In this document: in pieces, positions 24,820-36,779 of the stretch
Position numbering within the stretch: position 1 is the stretch's first letter
How the letters are laid out: each line of letters starts with the position of its first letter
Origin: Priapulus caudatus
Lineage: Eukaryota
Direction: 5' to 3'
Assembly: GCF_000485595.1 (NCBI RefSeq)
Contig: NW_014577074.1
Span: 46,388-92,806, forward strand
Length of the DNA: 46,419 nt
Notes under the pieces: generated by a model
The model's input: only the letters and a program-made list of their open reading frames with translations
What the model was told of the DNA's origin: nothing
Databases searched by the model: none
Position numbers and translations under genes: made by a program

Positions 24820-25930
24820 AATAGATAGTAGATAGATAGCATAGATTAGGTAGTTAGTAGATAGTAGAAGATAGTAGATGGATAATAGATAGATAGATTG
24901 GATAGCTAGATAGTTGATAGATCATAGATACGATATAGGAGATAGGTACGACTTACAGAAGGATAGTAGATAGATATGATTTAGATGAACTAAATGTATG
25001 GATAGCTAGATATATAGATAGTAGATAGTAAGATAGATATAAGAGTGTAGTAGATTAAGTGATAGATAGATAGTAGATAATATGATAGATGAGATATAGA
25101 TAGTAGATAGATAGATAGATTAGATTAGATAGATGAGTAGATAGATGAGATAGATAGCTATAGATAGACTTGATAGATGATAGATAGTATAGAGATACGT
25201 GATATAGATGATTAGATAGATAGGATAGATAGATAGATAATTGATAGATAAATAGATAGATGTAGATAGATGATAACGATAGATAGATAGATTGATAGAA
25301 TAGATAGATAGATAGAATTAGTAGATCAGATAGAAATCGCATAGATAGTATGATTAGCTCATGACTCGATCGCATTAGTATATGATAGATGATAGATAGA
25401 TCGGCTTATTTAAAAGATAATAATACGACTGGTGTAGCTAGATGACTAGTACGATAGATAGATAATGATGAGATGATAGATAGTACTTAGATAGTAGATA
25501 GATTAATGATGATAGAATTAGTAAGATATAGAGATCGTGATGTAGATCAGATCGGAGATAGGATACGATAGATGATTAGATAATGTAAATTTATACGGTG
25601 CGAGATAGATGTAGTAGTACTCGTATATAATAAGAGCTTAGTAAAAGTAGCGGATGTGTAGATAGTTATTATTCCTGGATAGAGAGGAGGATAGATGATA
25701 GATAGATAGATAGTAGTAAGATAGAATAGATATAGATAGATAAGTATAGAGAATAGAATTAGTTAATTAGCGTTGAGATAAGATGATAGATGACAAATCA
25801 TGTATAGATAGTGATGAGCTAGATCAGAGTTGTTGATGTTATGATGGTATAGATGTAGATAGTAGATAGATAGATAGATATACGACTAGATATATGATAG
25901 TATGTAGATAGATAGATAGATAGATAGATG
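24820..25930. repeat. Long, noisy (GATA)n satellite
   Basis: GATA/TAGA units with frequent single-base indels. Confidence 0.9.
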
Positions 25931-26089
25931 TTAGCTGTAATAGTGTACGAATGACAGTGAAGTATCGCAAGCCGGGGAACACATGTATAGAAGGCAAACA
26001 AGGCAGAGAGTGAGCCTCGCATACTCTGACCTTTCGCTATCGTACAGTGCCATACCTTATATATCAGATTGTGCATAGTTTTCGGTTCT

Positions 26090-27030
26090 ATGAATAGAGC
26101 GAGCGGAAAAAAAACGGAGGGCAGAGAAGCGGAAGTACTGAGGGGCGTTGATCGCAGAAAGAGTGTACGAGAGATGACGCAGAAGAATTGAGGAAAGGTA
26201 AGAGGCGAGGGTGAGAATAGGACAGGTCAGGAGAGGGGGAGAGAATAGGAAGGACAGGTTCAGAGAGGACGTGGAGAGAGTTATGAGTAAGGATTAGCAG
26301 AGACAAGGTCAGAGAAAGGATCGCGAGAGAGACAGAGAAGGGCAGGGAATGAGCGACGATTGAGCAAGGCGAGCTGAGCAGGAGAAGAGAGGCTGGAAGA
26401 TGAGAGAGAGAGGAGGGGAGAGAATCGCGCGCGAGGGTACGTGTGTGTGTATGTGTGACGTGCAGTTGCGTGATCTGTGCGGTGCGTTGGTGTGTGTGTG
26501 TGCAATGTGTTGTGTATGTGTGTGCTGTGTTGGTGAGTGTGTGTGTGGCTGCGTGAGTTGGGTGTGTGCTGTTTGTGTGTGTGTGTGTGTGTGTGTCTCT
26601 GTTGTGTGGTGTGTGTGTGCTGTGTGTGTTGTGGGTGTGTGTGGTGTGTGTGTGTGGTCGCCATGCTGGTGTGGGGTGTGGCTAGAAAGCCATCTTGTTT
26701 CGTGGTGTGTGGGGGTAGGTGTGTGGTGCTAGGGTATGATGTGTATTATGCTTATTACACATTTGGTGTTCGGGCAGATGGTGTGTTCGTTTCATTGTTT
26801 CAACGTTTAATGTCGGTGGATAGCGTCGTGTGGGAGCTGTTGTGAATACGTAGTAGGCTGATGTGTTGTGTGTGTGGTTAACCGATGTGCATGTGCTTAT
26901 GATGTTATTAGTTGTAAATGATGTGTGATGAGTAGGTGTAGGTCTGGTGTTTGTGTGTGTATGGGTAATTGATCCGGTTAATGCTAAAGCGTGTGTGTGT
27001 GGTGTGTGTGTGTGATCGCTGTGTGTGTGT
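26090..27030. repeat. Noisy GA-rich tract followed by a (TG)n-rich tract
   Basis: Polypurine sequence 26090-26425, degenerate TG 26440-27030. Confidence 0.8.
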
Positions 27031-29286
27031 GGCGTGGCCTGTGCGTGACCATAGGATCATTTAGGGTTTTTGTGTGTAGCGAACGCTCAGTGTGGACTTG
27101 CGAAATAAAATGTCATGATACACTAGCGCTAAAGATCATATTAAGCTATATATTGTGATAATATACAGAATAATATTATGTGTAGTGAATGTGAGGACAG
27201 AGATGTTCCATTAGAGGGACGGCGCGCATTTTTGTATTTACTCCCAATGCCGGGTAAATTGCCTACTTGTGCGCGCGATTGTGGGAGGGGGCATCGTAGA
27301 GTGATGTTTAAATCATCGTGATTTATCTCAAAGAGGATACCAAACGCAAAAGAATAATATATGAATGAGCGATCTAGTGACATAAGTCAGGGAATAGTGG
27401 CGCATTGCAGTGGAACTAGTAGATCTATAGCAAAATGCTCTGTAGAATTGCGAGACTACCATGAACCAACCAATCAGGTGAATGCTGCTTGGTCTTGATA
27501 CTCGACCTGAGATGCTTATGTCATTTTTACGTTATAAATTACGAAGGAGTCTCTGGGCGCAAAGTTTGCGAGCTGAGCTTTAGAGCCATGAATCTGTAGT
27601 TATTTAGCAAATTCGTGAATAAAGATGGTGTGATTGTGTACGTAGTTATTTTGCTTTCATCAGTTAGTGCAGGGTTCACCTCTGATAGACGAGCGAGCTC
27701 AATTTTCTAAGACAGTAGAAATCGTTGTCGCCATATCATTTAGTTATGTTTTATCAGCATGTACTCGCTAATATGCTATAATTGTTAGGGCCGTGGCCAG
27801 ACGATCAACGGCAAGATTCTATGGCAGAAGAGATGCTGCACCGCCAGTCGTGTCACCAGCGCAGTACACACTGCTCCACGACCTCGTGAGGAAACTTTCG
27901 GTTCTACATATTTACGCACACCAGCCACCCGCCTCACCACCCCCACCAACACTACACGTGATCGCACACCGCATACAACACCTCATACACATCAACACCA
28001 CAGCAACAAAACCACAACCGCACCAACAGCCCATCACAGAACCACACCAAACACACAGCCACCACACACGCCTCACACAACACATCAACGCACACGCAAC
28101 GCACGCGCCACTACCAACACCACACCACCACTATCCGGCGCGCACAACAACAGGACAACACATCACACACACCACAACCACACATACAACAACTGCACTA
28201 TCAATACCTACATACATAATAATATACTATGTACATCATACTCATACTCTAATCTAGCAGAGAGAGAAAGAGCGCGAATCTTTCTTCATATCCTTAACTG
28301 CGATTCTCTACTTTGCTATAATCTCAAGTCTTTAATGAAAAAGCTGACATTTGGCAATGATCTCTTAGCAATCAGAAGGTGGACCAGGAGAGTGGAGGTA
28401 CGTCAACGTAACGGCTCGAATCATACACATTCGAGTTATTAAATTCATTCATCGAAAGCCATAATTATCACGACAAAGCAGTCAGTTTCGACTCACACGA
28501 AATTGTGATCATAAAAACTACTCGCAAGGGAACTGATGCCAGGCATATAAATAAGGCTATCTTAAACAACGCACGAATTCATTGACTAGCTATGAATTTC
28601 GCGAGAAAAGCACGAGGGAGAATAAACAAGAAATATTGGCTTATTTATAGAACATTTACGGATTAAGAGAGGATGCGACACGTCAGAAAAGAATAAGAAG
28701 AGAGGGGAAAGATTCCTATCTGGTGCTATAATAAAGCGGTAATAAATTGAGGCTGATCTACTATATACTAATCAGAATATATAAATAACTGGTATTGGGT
28801 GGGGTTATGAGCCACCCGCTAGATGACGAGATTTATGACTCGGCACTCCTAAGACTTTCGCTACTCATAGTTGAATTTTATGGGTAACGTAATCTAAGTT
28901 TATTGATTCATGCTTTTTATTGTAACCTCTATACCGTGCTATTGCGGTTAATGTATAGTTGAATTTAAACGTGACCTTACACTAACTGGCATATTGTTAA
29001 TGCTCCTGAACTGCGTACTAGCCTTCGAACGCACGTAAGCTATTAATATATTATAAATAGCTTCTGTACTACGGCCTCCCGTTTAGTTACATCAGCGCAG
29101 GTTCGCCAGCGTAATTAGTCTATACAACAACAACGAGTTGATCTTTACTTCGAGGTATAGCTCGAATAAGAGCAGGCACATGTATCAAGCCAGTAGCACA
29201 AGCTTTTGTTTGGACTCATATTGTAGAGAGGAGAGAAGATGGATCTCGGTTATCGATATTAACTCGTGACTCTCTGGTAGGAATAG

Positions 29287-31167
29287 TATCGCACATTGTC
29301 CGATTTTTACCGCTTCACGAAGTTACCGTTCGATTCCACTCGTCTTGCATGCTGCATTGTCAGCGGATGGCACCTATAATATCTCACTTTCCAACTTTTT
29401 CACGAGCGCAGTTAACGTGTTTGGTAGGGCTTCGCTTGCGTCCAGCGCGGGTCATCGCGTGACGATCGGCAACGGTCGCGCTGTCGCGGAGCGTCGCGGC
29501 GGTTTTCGTCAAGCGCCAGCAGCGGCAGCGCTGTCGGACGCAACGCATCCAGCCACGCACGCGGCGCGCAGACGAAATTACTTTGCGGAGAATCTAATGG
29601 CTTTAGAGAAGGCAGTAAGTGACGAGGTTATGGTCTCGTAGTTATCTCAATAGTTTGCGACGACCGGCAACATCGGGAATCGCTTTACAGATGACGGCAT
29701 TGGTCAGGACATTTCGATGCTCGTGCGCCTGTATGGAGTTGCGGCTTGTCGCCTGCTCGTCCCCGTTCTGGTCACTAAATGGGGCTGTCAGCGAGAAATC
29801 GCTACCTACCCTGGGACGCTTAGCCGACGGCTCGACGCGTAAGCCTACAAAAAAAAGTGACCCGCCGCAGCAACTCTGTTTCGCTTCTTTGTTACTTTAT
29901 AGATTAACAAAAAAGGTCCGCTCCGCCGTGCTTCCAACTGCATTCCAGCGAGGACTGATCCGTCGATCATATTTTACGCGCTGGCCTGGTCTCTCGCGGG
30001 CGCCACTTCTCGCTCAGTCTAGACCGAAGGCCTCATCTGCGCATTTACTTCATCAAGTTCGTTTACGCGTCGGACTAGCATTACTCGTAAGCAATAATCC
30101 ACTAAGGCATCTCCGTCATTGATCGGCAACAATTTTGCTCTCGGCGGAGCCGCCTAGTTCTGCTTCTAACACTTGGCTGCGATTTTAAAGTGGCTTCGGG
30201 ACCACTTCTGGAACCACGAAACTGTCCTCCCGCATACCACTCTTGGATTCTATTCTTCTGTGAAAGCTTACGCAACAGAGTATTCTGCATTAGTACATCT
30301 AAATTTGTGTCTCTGTCTGCTCATTGTAGATAGATTCTCCAGCTGTTAACGAACTCTCGAGACACTCACCGCGTGTTATCATTTTTACGGAAGTTATGTT
30401 TAGTCGGGACAGCTCTCTGCAGTAGCAGTCGCTATCCGTGAATAGGATATGAAATTGGGTGCGTTAGATCGTCTGCGGAATCGTGTGAGACGAAGCACAG
30501 TACATCTCGAGCGGACCCTACCAATTTTTATTTTTATTCGTTAAAGCACATTGACGCATGTTTCAGACTGAAAAACTTGTAGTTCGTATCGGCTACTCGT
30601 TGACAGTTTGTACGTCAGTTTACTAGTGTCAGATATTTTAATTTCCGTAGATGTTAATAATATTGTTTACTATCGACATGCACCCTTGATAAGTAGCCTG
30701 GCGTTATGAGTTTTAATGCAATTAACAGAAGCGAGAAGAAATTTGCATACTTGAGTCTTCTCTTTCTAGACACACTATAAGATTCTTTATCGCATCAGAT
30801 ACTAGAATGAGTTCATTTAGAGTCTTTCGGCGGATCGACGGACAAGCTTAGCACGTGTGTCTCGTGAAGGTCTCTTACGTCGTTATTCTTTTGATTCGCG
30901 ATGTATAATTTGTGATAATGATGTGTGATGTATATCAGTATACACCGGATACGTGTTAGTGACTCGTGAAATGGAATTGTGTGCTTTGATTGACGACTGT
31001 GCGCATGACATGTATGATTGAATTGATGCGACGATTCGATGAGTGCGAACGCGGACTTGCTATTAATGCATGTTCTCGTGGATGTCTTTCAACTGATGAT
31101 TGGACCATGATGAGTTTACGTTATTGACTAAGATGACACTGATACTATTTCAGTAGTAGTTCGCATT
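29287..31167 (+). repeat. Noisy direct copy of 33476-34766
   Basis: Collinear shared anchors: TATCGCACATTGTCCGATTTTTACCGCTTCACG, GGCGCGCAGACGAAATTAC, CACTAAATGGGGCTGTCAGCGAGAAATCGCTA, AGTCGGGACAGCTC, CAGTAGTAGT. Confidence 0.85.
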
Positions 31168-32056
31168 ACATTGAAGTGTATCGCTTCCCCGTTTTTCGTA
31201 TATAATTATCGTGTTTTGTGCTTGCTCACTTGCTCCTTTCGGCTTGTTTTTCTAGTAATTTGCTGTTTCGTCATCGTAATTGATGCTGTTGTGCTCGTGT
31301 GCTGTCGCTCCCTAGATCACCAAATAGGGCTATTATAGACAGCTTGATGACGGAATTAAACTACTAATATTCTTCCTACGCAAGTTTACGTATAATGGTT
31401 GTTATACCTAATTGTATTTGGGACAGAGTCGATCATAAACAGTGAATGTCATATGGTTTACATGGTCATTACAATGTGTCCAAATATATTGGTTCTGACT
31501 CTAGTGTTGGCTAAGGATGTTCGACTTCTGTTGGCGTGAGTATTATGAAATGCTTTGGTATTGGAGTGTTCGTCGTTTACTCGTTAGTCGTCGAGTTGGC
31601 GGTCTAACACAACATGGGCGGGATTGGTGGGTGGTAGGCGAGGAGCGATGGCCGTGTGGCTCCCTTCCGCCATCGTGGGGCGGCGGGTACGCTGGGCGGA
31701 GCGGCTCCGGTTGGCTGTCGAGGTTCTTTGAATAGTCAATATGTATTTTAACGAGGTGGATATGGATTTGGTGTGGTTGCTTTTGCAGCTTTCACAAGTG
31801 TTAGGTCTCAATAGTACGGTTAGTAGCAAGCAGCAGCTCTCCGCACCAGCTTTAGCTGGCGAGTTAGTTAGTATTCGTTTTATCAGTCGAGTAGCTGTTT
31901 CTTGTTTTCAGTCAAGCTCCCAGTTAGTCGTAGCTAAGTGATTTGAGTATATTGTCAGGGTAATTTATTATGCTCAGAAGGTTGATTTCTATGCGGTTAG
32001 GGGGGAAGGTTTATTGTTAGTTCAACTCAGCACGGCCATCTTCCGCCCGCAAAAGG

Positions 32057-33180
32057 GGCAGCAACATTAGCAGTAGTAGCAGTAGCGACAGTAGTAGTAA
32101 GACATTATGCGCCATCGGCGCATTGAAGGGGAGGAAGCGGGTTACGGGGTGAACTTGGTGGCTGTGTGCGCACGGCTCGGCCCAGCGTTCCATCATTGCC
32201 ATCGCTGGAAGCGAACACCGATGATCTTATCCGCCCGCTACGGGCTACATCTATATATCAAACACTCACCCCCGTTAAACTATTGCTGACCGAGCTATTA
32301 TAACTACTGCTGGCCGAGCTATCTAACTTCATCTGCTGCTTCATTCGTGCACTGCTGCCTGTTGCCTGACCCCAAGAGTCCGAGATACAATCACGGCGAA
32401 TAATGTGAGCCCGAGGTTTCTATTTGCCCGATGAAGGCGTGTGCGGAAAGGGCTTCTTATAAATGATAGGGTTCCGCAATGTGAAACTCCGAGCGCGAGT
32501 ATTAAATGCCAATCATTGGAATTCGTGTCAGTGGAAGCACGAGATCAAGCGGTCCGCCTCGCAGCGGTAGGCCTTCCATATCGTCGTCCCGTCCATCCTT
32601 CCCGCTGAAGGAAATGCTAATAAGCGCAATATACACAAAACCGCGTAATCAGGCGCGTGTTCCCAGTGAATAGACTTGGAAATTATATACCCACTCTCCG
32701 CTGTACGGGCGTACGTGCTTGCGCGCGTGCGTGCGTGTATGCGCGTGTGGGCGTGTTGCGCGCGTGCGTGCGTGTGTGCGCGTATGGGCGTGTTGCGCGC
32801 GATTTTGCGCGTGTGTGCGTATGCGTGCGTGCGCGCGTGTGCGGGTGCGTGCGTGTATGTATGCGTGCCGTAAGTGAAGGACCAGCCTTCTCTCTCTCTC
32901 TCTATCTCTCTCGGGAGAAGCTGCGGCTTTCTCGTCTGCGCATCTCGCTGCGTGGGTTTCCGCGCCGACAAACGTCCGCGTGTATTTCGCGCTGCCGCCG
33001 CTGCAACGCTGTGTTATCGCTGCCGCTGCAGACGAGAGTCAAATTGTAGAAAAGCACAAATGCACTTGGCTTCCGCTGGGGATCCCTTAGCCGCAAGCTA
33101 CAGCGGGTTTCCGGGAGGAGATAGAGGGGGGTGCTACATTAATGACCGCGTACGTCTGTCTGTGTGCACGTGGGGGGGGG
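32057..33180 (+). repeat. ~1.1-kb segment duplicated at about 41210-42420
   Basis: Continuous alignment by eye, from GCAGCAACATTAGCAGTAGTAGCAG through GTGCACGTGGG; differences are mostly 1-bp indels. Confidence 0.95.
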
Positions 33181-35019
33181 CGCCGTTGAAGGGAATGGCG
33201 TATCCTTCTACGATTTCGTAAATCGGTATTGGGTAGATATGGCCGGCATCCTGTCGAAATTGCGCAGTTACTCAGTTAGAACGAATAGTGTGCTGCGCTA
33301 TGTAACTCTAGTGTATCTGCGTTATCTAATAACACGACAGCTCCGACACACTAGCCTGCAAATTAAAATTCTACATACGCCCCGTTTCCACGCGATCCAG
33401 CGTAAGCGATAGCGATAAGCGCGGTATACGCTACAGCATTTAGATAGGCGCGAGTCAGATACGCGCTGGAGAAGATATCGCACATTGTCCGATTTTTACC
33501 GCTTCACGAGTTCGATTCCACTCGTCTGCATGCTTCAGTCAGCGACCATGCATCGGTAACGCGGTAGCTTCGCTTGCGTCCAGCGCGGAGTCACTCGCGT
33601 GCGAATCGCACACGAGTCGCCTGCTCGCGACGTCGCGGCGATCGTCAACGCCAGCAGCGGCAAGCGTGTCGGACACGATCCACCACGAGCCGGCGCGCAG
33701 ACGAAATTACCTTTGCGGAGAAAATCTAATGACTTTAGAGAAGTAAAGTGAGTTAGCGAGACAAAGGACGGAACACGGAAATCAAAAATTGAGATGGTCA
33801 ATTTGATCTCGTGCGTAAGTGCGCTTGTCGCCTGCTCGTCCCCCGTTCGTGATCACTAAATGGGGCTGTCAGCGAGAAATCGCTAACGGATATAGGGCGA
33901 GAGAGAAAAAAGTGCGCGCGCCTGCGCTGCCGCTCGGGCCGCGCCAACCATTCCCGAACTATGATCGTGTTTTTGCGGGCTGTCTCCGCAGCGTCCGGCT
34001 GACAGAGGTCGCTGGCGTTCGACTACATTACGAGCAATAATCCAGGCATTAGTCGCGCACATGTTCTGGCGACCGTGTCGCCTCGGTGCGAGTAAAGATG
34101 CTCGGGGAAACACGACTGTCACGACCGCCTCTTGACTTCTCGTGAAAGCTGAAGCGAATATAATGGTTTTACGATCGGTTAAAAACACCCGCGCATCGCC
34201 GATGACATTTTACCGGAAGTAGAGTCGGGACAGCTCGACAGCTCGCATCGCTATCCAGTAATAGCATTGATGGGAGCTGTCGTGGGAGACGTGCCGAGCA
34301 CGTCATCGCGGCGGCCATTTTTTATCGGCTCAGACATAACGCATTTAGCCAAACCTAATCATTTTCCGACCACGTTGACATTTCGCTTCAAGTCGGATAT
34401 AATTCCGATATGTTATATAATATGGCATGTGGAACGAAATACAGTTATGAAGTAAATGATAAAGCAAGGAGAGAATTGCTCAGTTCTTTCGCCTAAAAAT
34501 ATTGTCAGATCTGAGCGCAGGTCTTTGCATTGCGACGCGTAACCGGCGAAGAGGTTCCACGTCGTAATTCTATGATTGGGTGTAACGTTGATGACCCTTA
34601 TCTCCGTATACACCCGACGATACGTGTTAGTGCGTAATTGTGTGCGTGCCTGCCTGCCCGCGTGTATGTGTGCATGCTTGTGAACGCGCATATACGACTG
34701 TGCGTATTATCACTGTGCAGTAGTTATTGACTAGAAGACACAACAACTATTCAGTAGTAGTCGCATGAGGGTAGGGTGGTGGGAGCGGGGTTGACGATGG
34801 TGGTGCATGGTGGCGGTGACGGTAATGGTGGTGGTGGTGGTGGTGGCGGTGGCGGTGGTGGTGGTGCTCCTTTTGTATGTCCTTCCCGGCGTGGGATCGC
34901 GCATACGTCGTCGACACGCAGCCTGCAACCCCCGCCTTATAATTTCAGTCTCCACGGCCGGCCCACTAGCTCCGGCTCACCCACGCCGTCCCTGCCTACT
35001 GCTCCATCCGCTCGCCCAT

Positions 35020-36640
35020 ACTCGCTCCACAACGCGCTCGGCCCACCACTTCAGTCTCACGCCGCCCATACGCTTCTACACGCCCGCCCGCCTAGTCTCA
35101 CCAGGCCCTACGCTCACTACGCTCGCCGCCTAGTCTCACCGCATACGCTCACACGCCCGCTGCCTAGTCTCACCCGCCATGTACCGCTACACCCGCTCCG
35201 CCTAGTACTCACGCCTTCATCCATTCGCGCGTCTCACACGCCGCTGGCTTCTTTTGCCGCCGCTAGTGTCACCCGCCCATTTACGCCTCACCGCAGCGCC
35301 TGCCTAGTCTCCCCGCCATACGTCACACGCCCGCCCACGGCCCTACTCTCACCGGCCCATATGCTCACAGCGCGCCCGACCAATAGTCTCACCCGCCATA
35401 CGCTCCTCACACGCCCGCCCCGCCCATACTCTCAGCGGCCATACTGCTCACACGCCCGCCGCGCTTAGTTCTTCTACCCGCCCATAACGCTCGACACGCC
35501 GCGCCCGCCCTAGTCTCACCCGCCCATACGTCACACGCCGCCCCGCCCTAGTCTCAGCCCGCCCATTACGCTCACACGCGCCGCCCGCCATACTCTAACC
35601 GGCCCATTACGCGCTCACAACGCCCGCCTGCCTACTCCGTCACCGCAGCCCATACTGCCTCACACGCCCGCGCGCCATAAGTTCTCACCCGCCATACCGC
35701 CTCGACACGCACCGCGGGCCGCACCTACTCTCACGGCCCATACTGATCAAACGCCGCGCCCTATTCTTCACCCGCCCATTAACGCTCACACGCGCGCCCG
35801 CCCTACTCTCACCGGCCATTACCGCCTCACACGCGCCGCCCGCCCTAGTCTCACCGGCCATACGCTCACACGCCGCGCCGCGCCCTGACTCTCACCGGCC
35901 ATACTGCTTCACACGCCGCCGTCCTAGCTATCACCCGTCCCATAGCGTCACACGCCCGCCCGCCTACTCTCACCGGGCCATACTGCTCACACGCCCGCCC
36001 GCCCTATGTCTCACCCGCCATACCGCCTCACTACGCCCGCCGGCCTGTGCTCACCGCCACATACGCTCACACGCCGCCGCCCTAAGTTCTCACCCGCCCA
36101 TCACGCTCACCGCCCGCCCGCGCCTCTACTCTCACCGGCCCATACGCTCACACGCCCGCCTGCCCATTAGTACTACACGGCCACATCACCGATCACAGCG
36201 GCCGCCCTAGTCTCACCGGCCCATTACGTTCACACGCCGCCTGCCTGTCTACCCGGCCATACGCTCACACGCCGCTGCCCTTCAAGTGCTCACCGCCATA
36301 CGCTCACACGCCGCCCGCCCTGTCTCACCAGCCCTATACGCCTCACACGCCCCGCTTACTCTCACCGCCATACGCTCACACGCCCGCCCGCCTAGTCTCA
36401 CGCCCATAACCGCTCACACGCCCGCCGCCTGCCCTAGTCTACGGCCCATACGCTCACACGCCGGCCTGCCCTTAGGTTCTCACCGGCCATACCTGCTCAC
36501 ACGGCCGCCCGCCTAGCTCTCACCGGCCCATACGCGCTCAACACGGCCGCCTGACTAATAGATACTCACCGGCCCATAATCTGCGTCACACAGCCCGCGC
36601 GCCCTTAGTCTCACCCGCCCATACGCTCACACGCCGCCCT
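35020..36640. repeat. 39-bp C-rich minisatellite (CCTAGTCTCACCCGCCCATACGCTCACACGCCCGCCCGC)
   Basis: About 40 noisy tandem units. Confidence 0.93.
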
Positions 36641-36779
36641 GCACGCTACGCTATTCTCCATCTCGGATGCTAAACTAGCTATCGTATTGCTATCGCTTAG
36701 TAATGATTGTCCGTATAACGTTCCTCGCGTATATATTTGCTACCGCGGAAATAGTCTTGCTTCGATCATTCTTTACGGG

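Noticed and set aside
21840..32050. Short ORFs in the noisy interval
   Set aside because: No domains or codon bias recognised, and the apparent indel rate makes reading frames unreliable; a hidden gene or TE cannot be excluded.
33500..33525. GTTCGATTC B-box-like motif suggesting a tRNA or SINE
   Set aside because: I could not build a cloverleaf or find a properly spaced A box.
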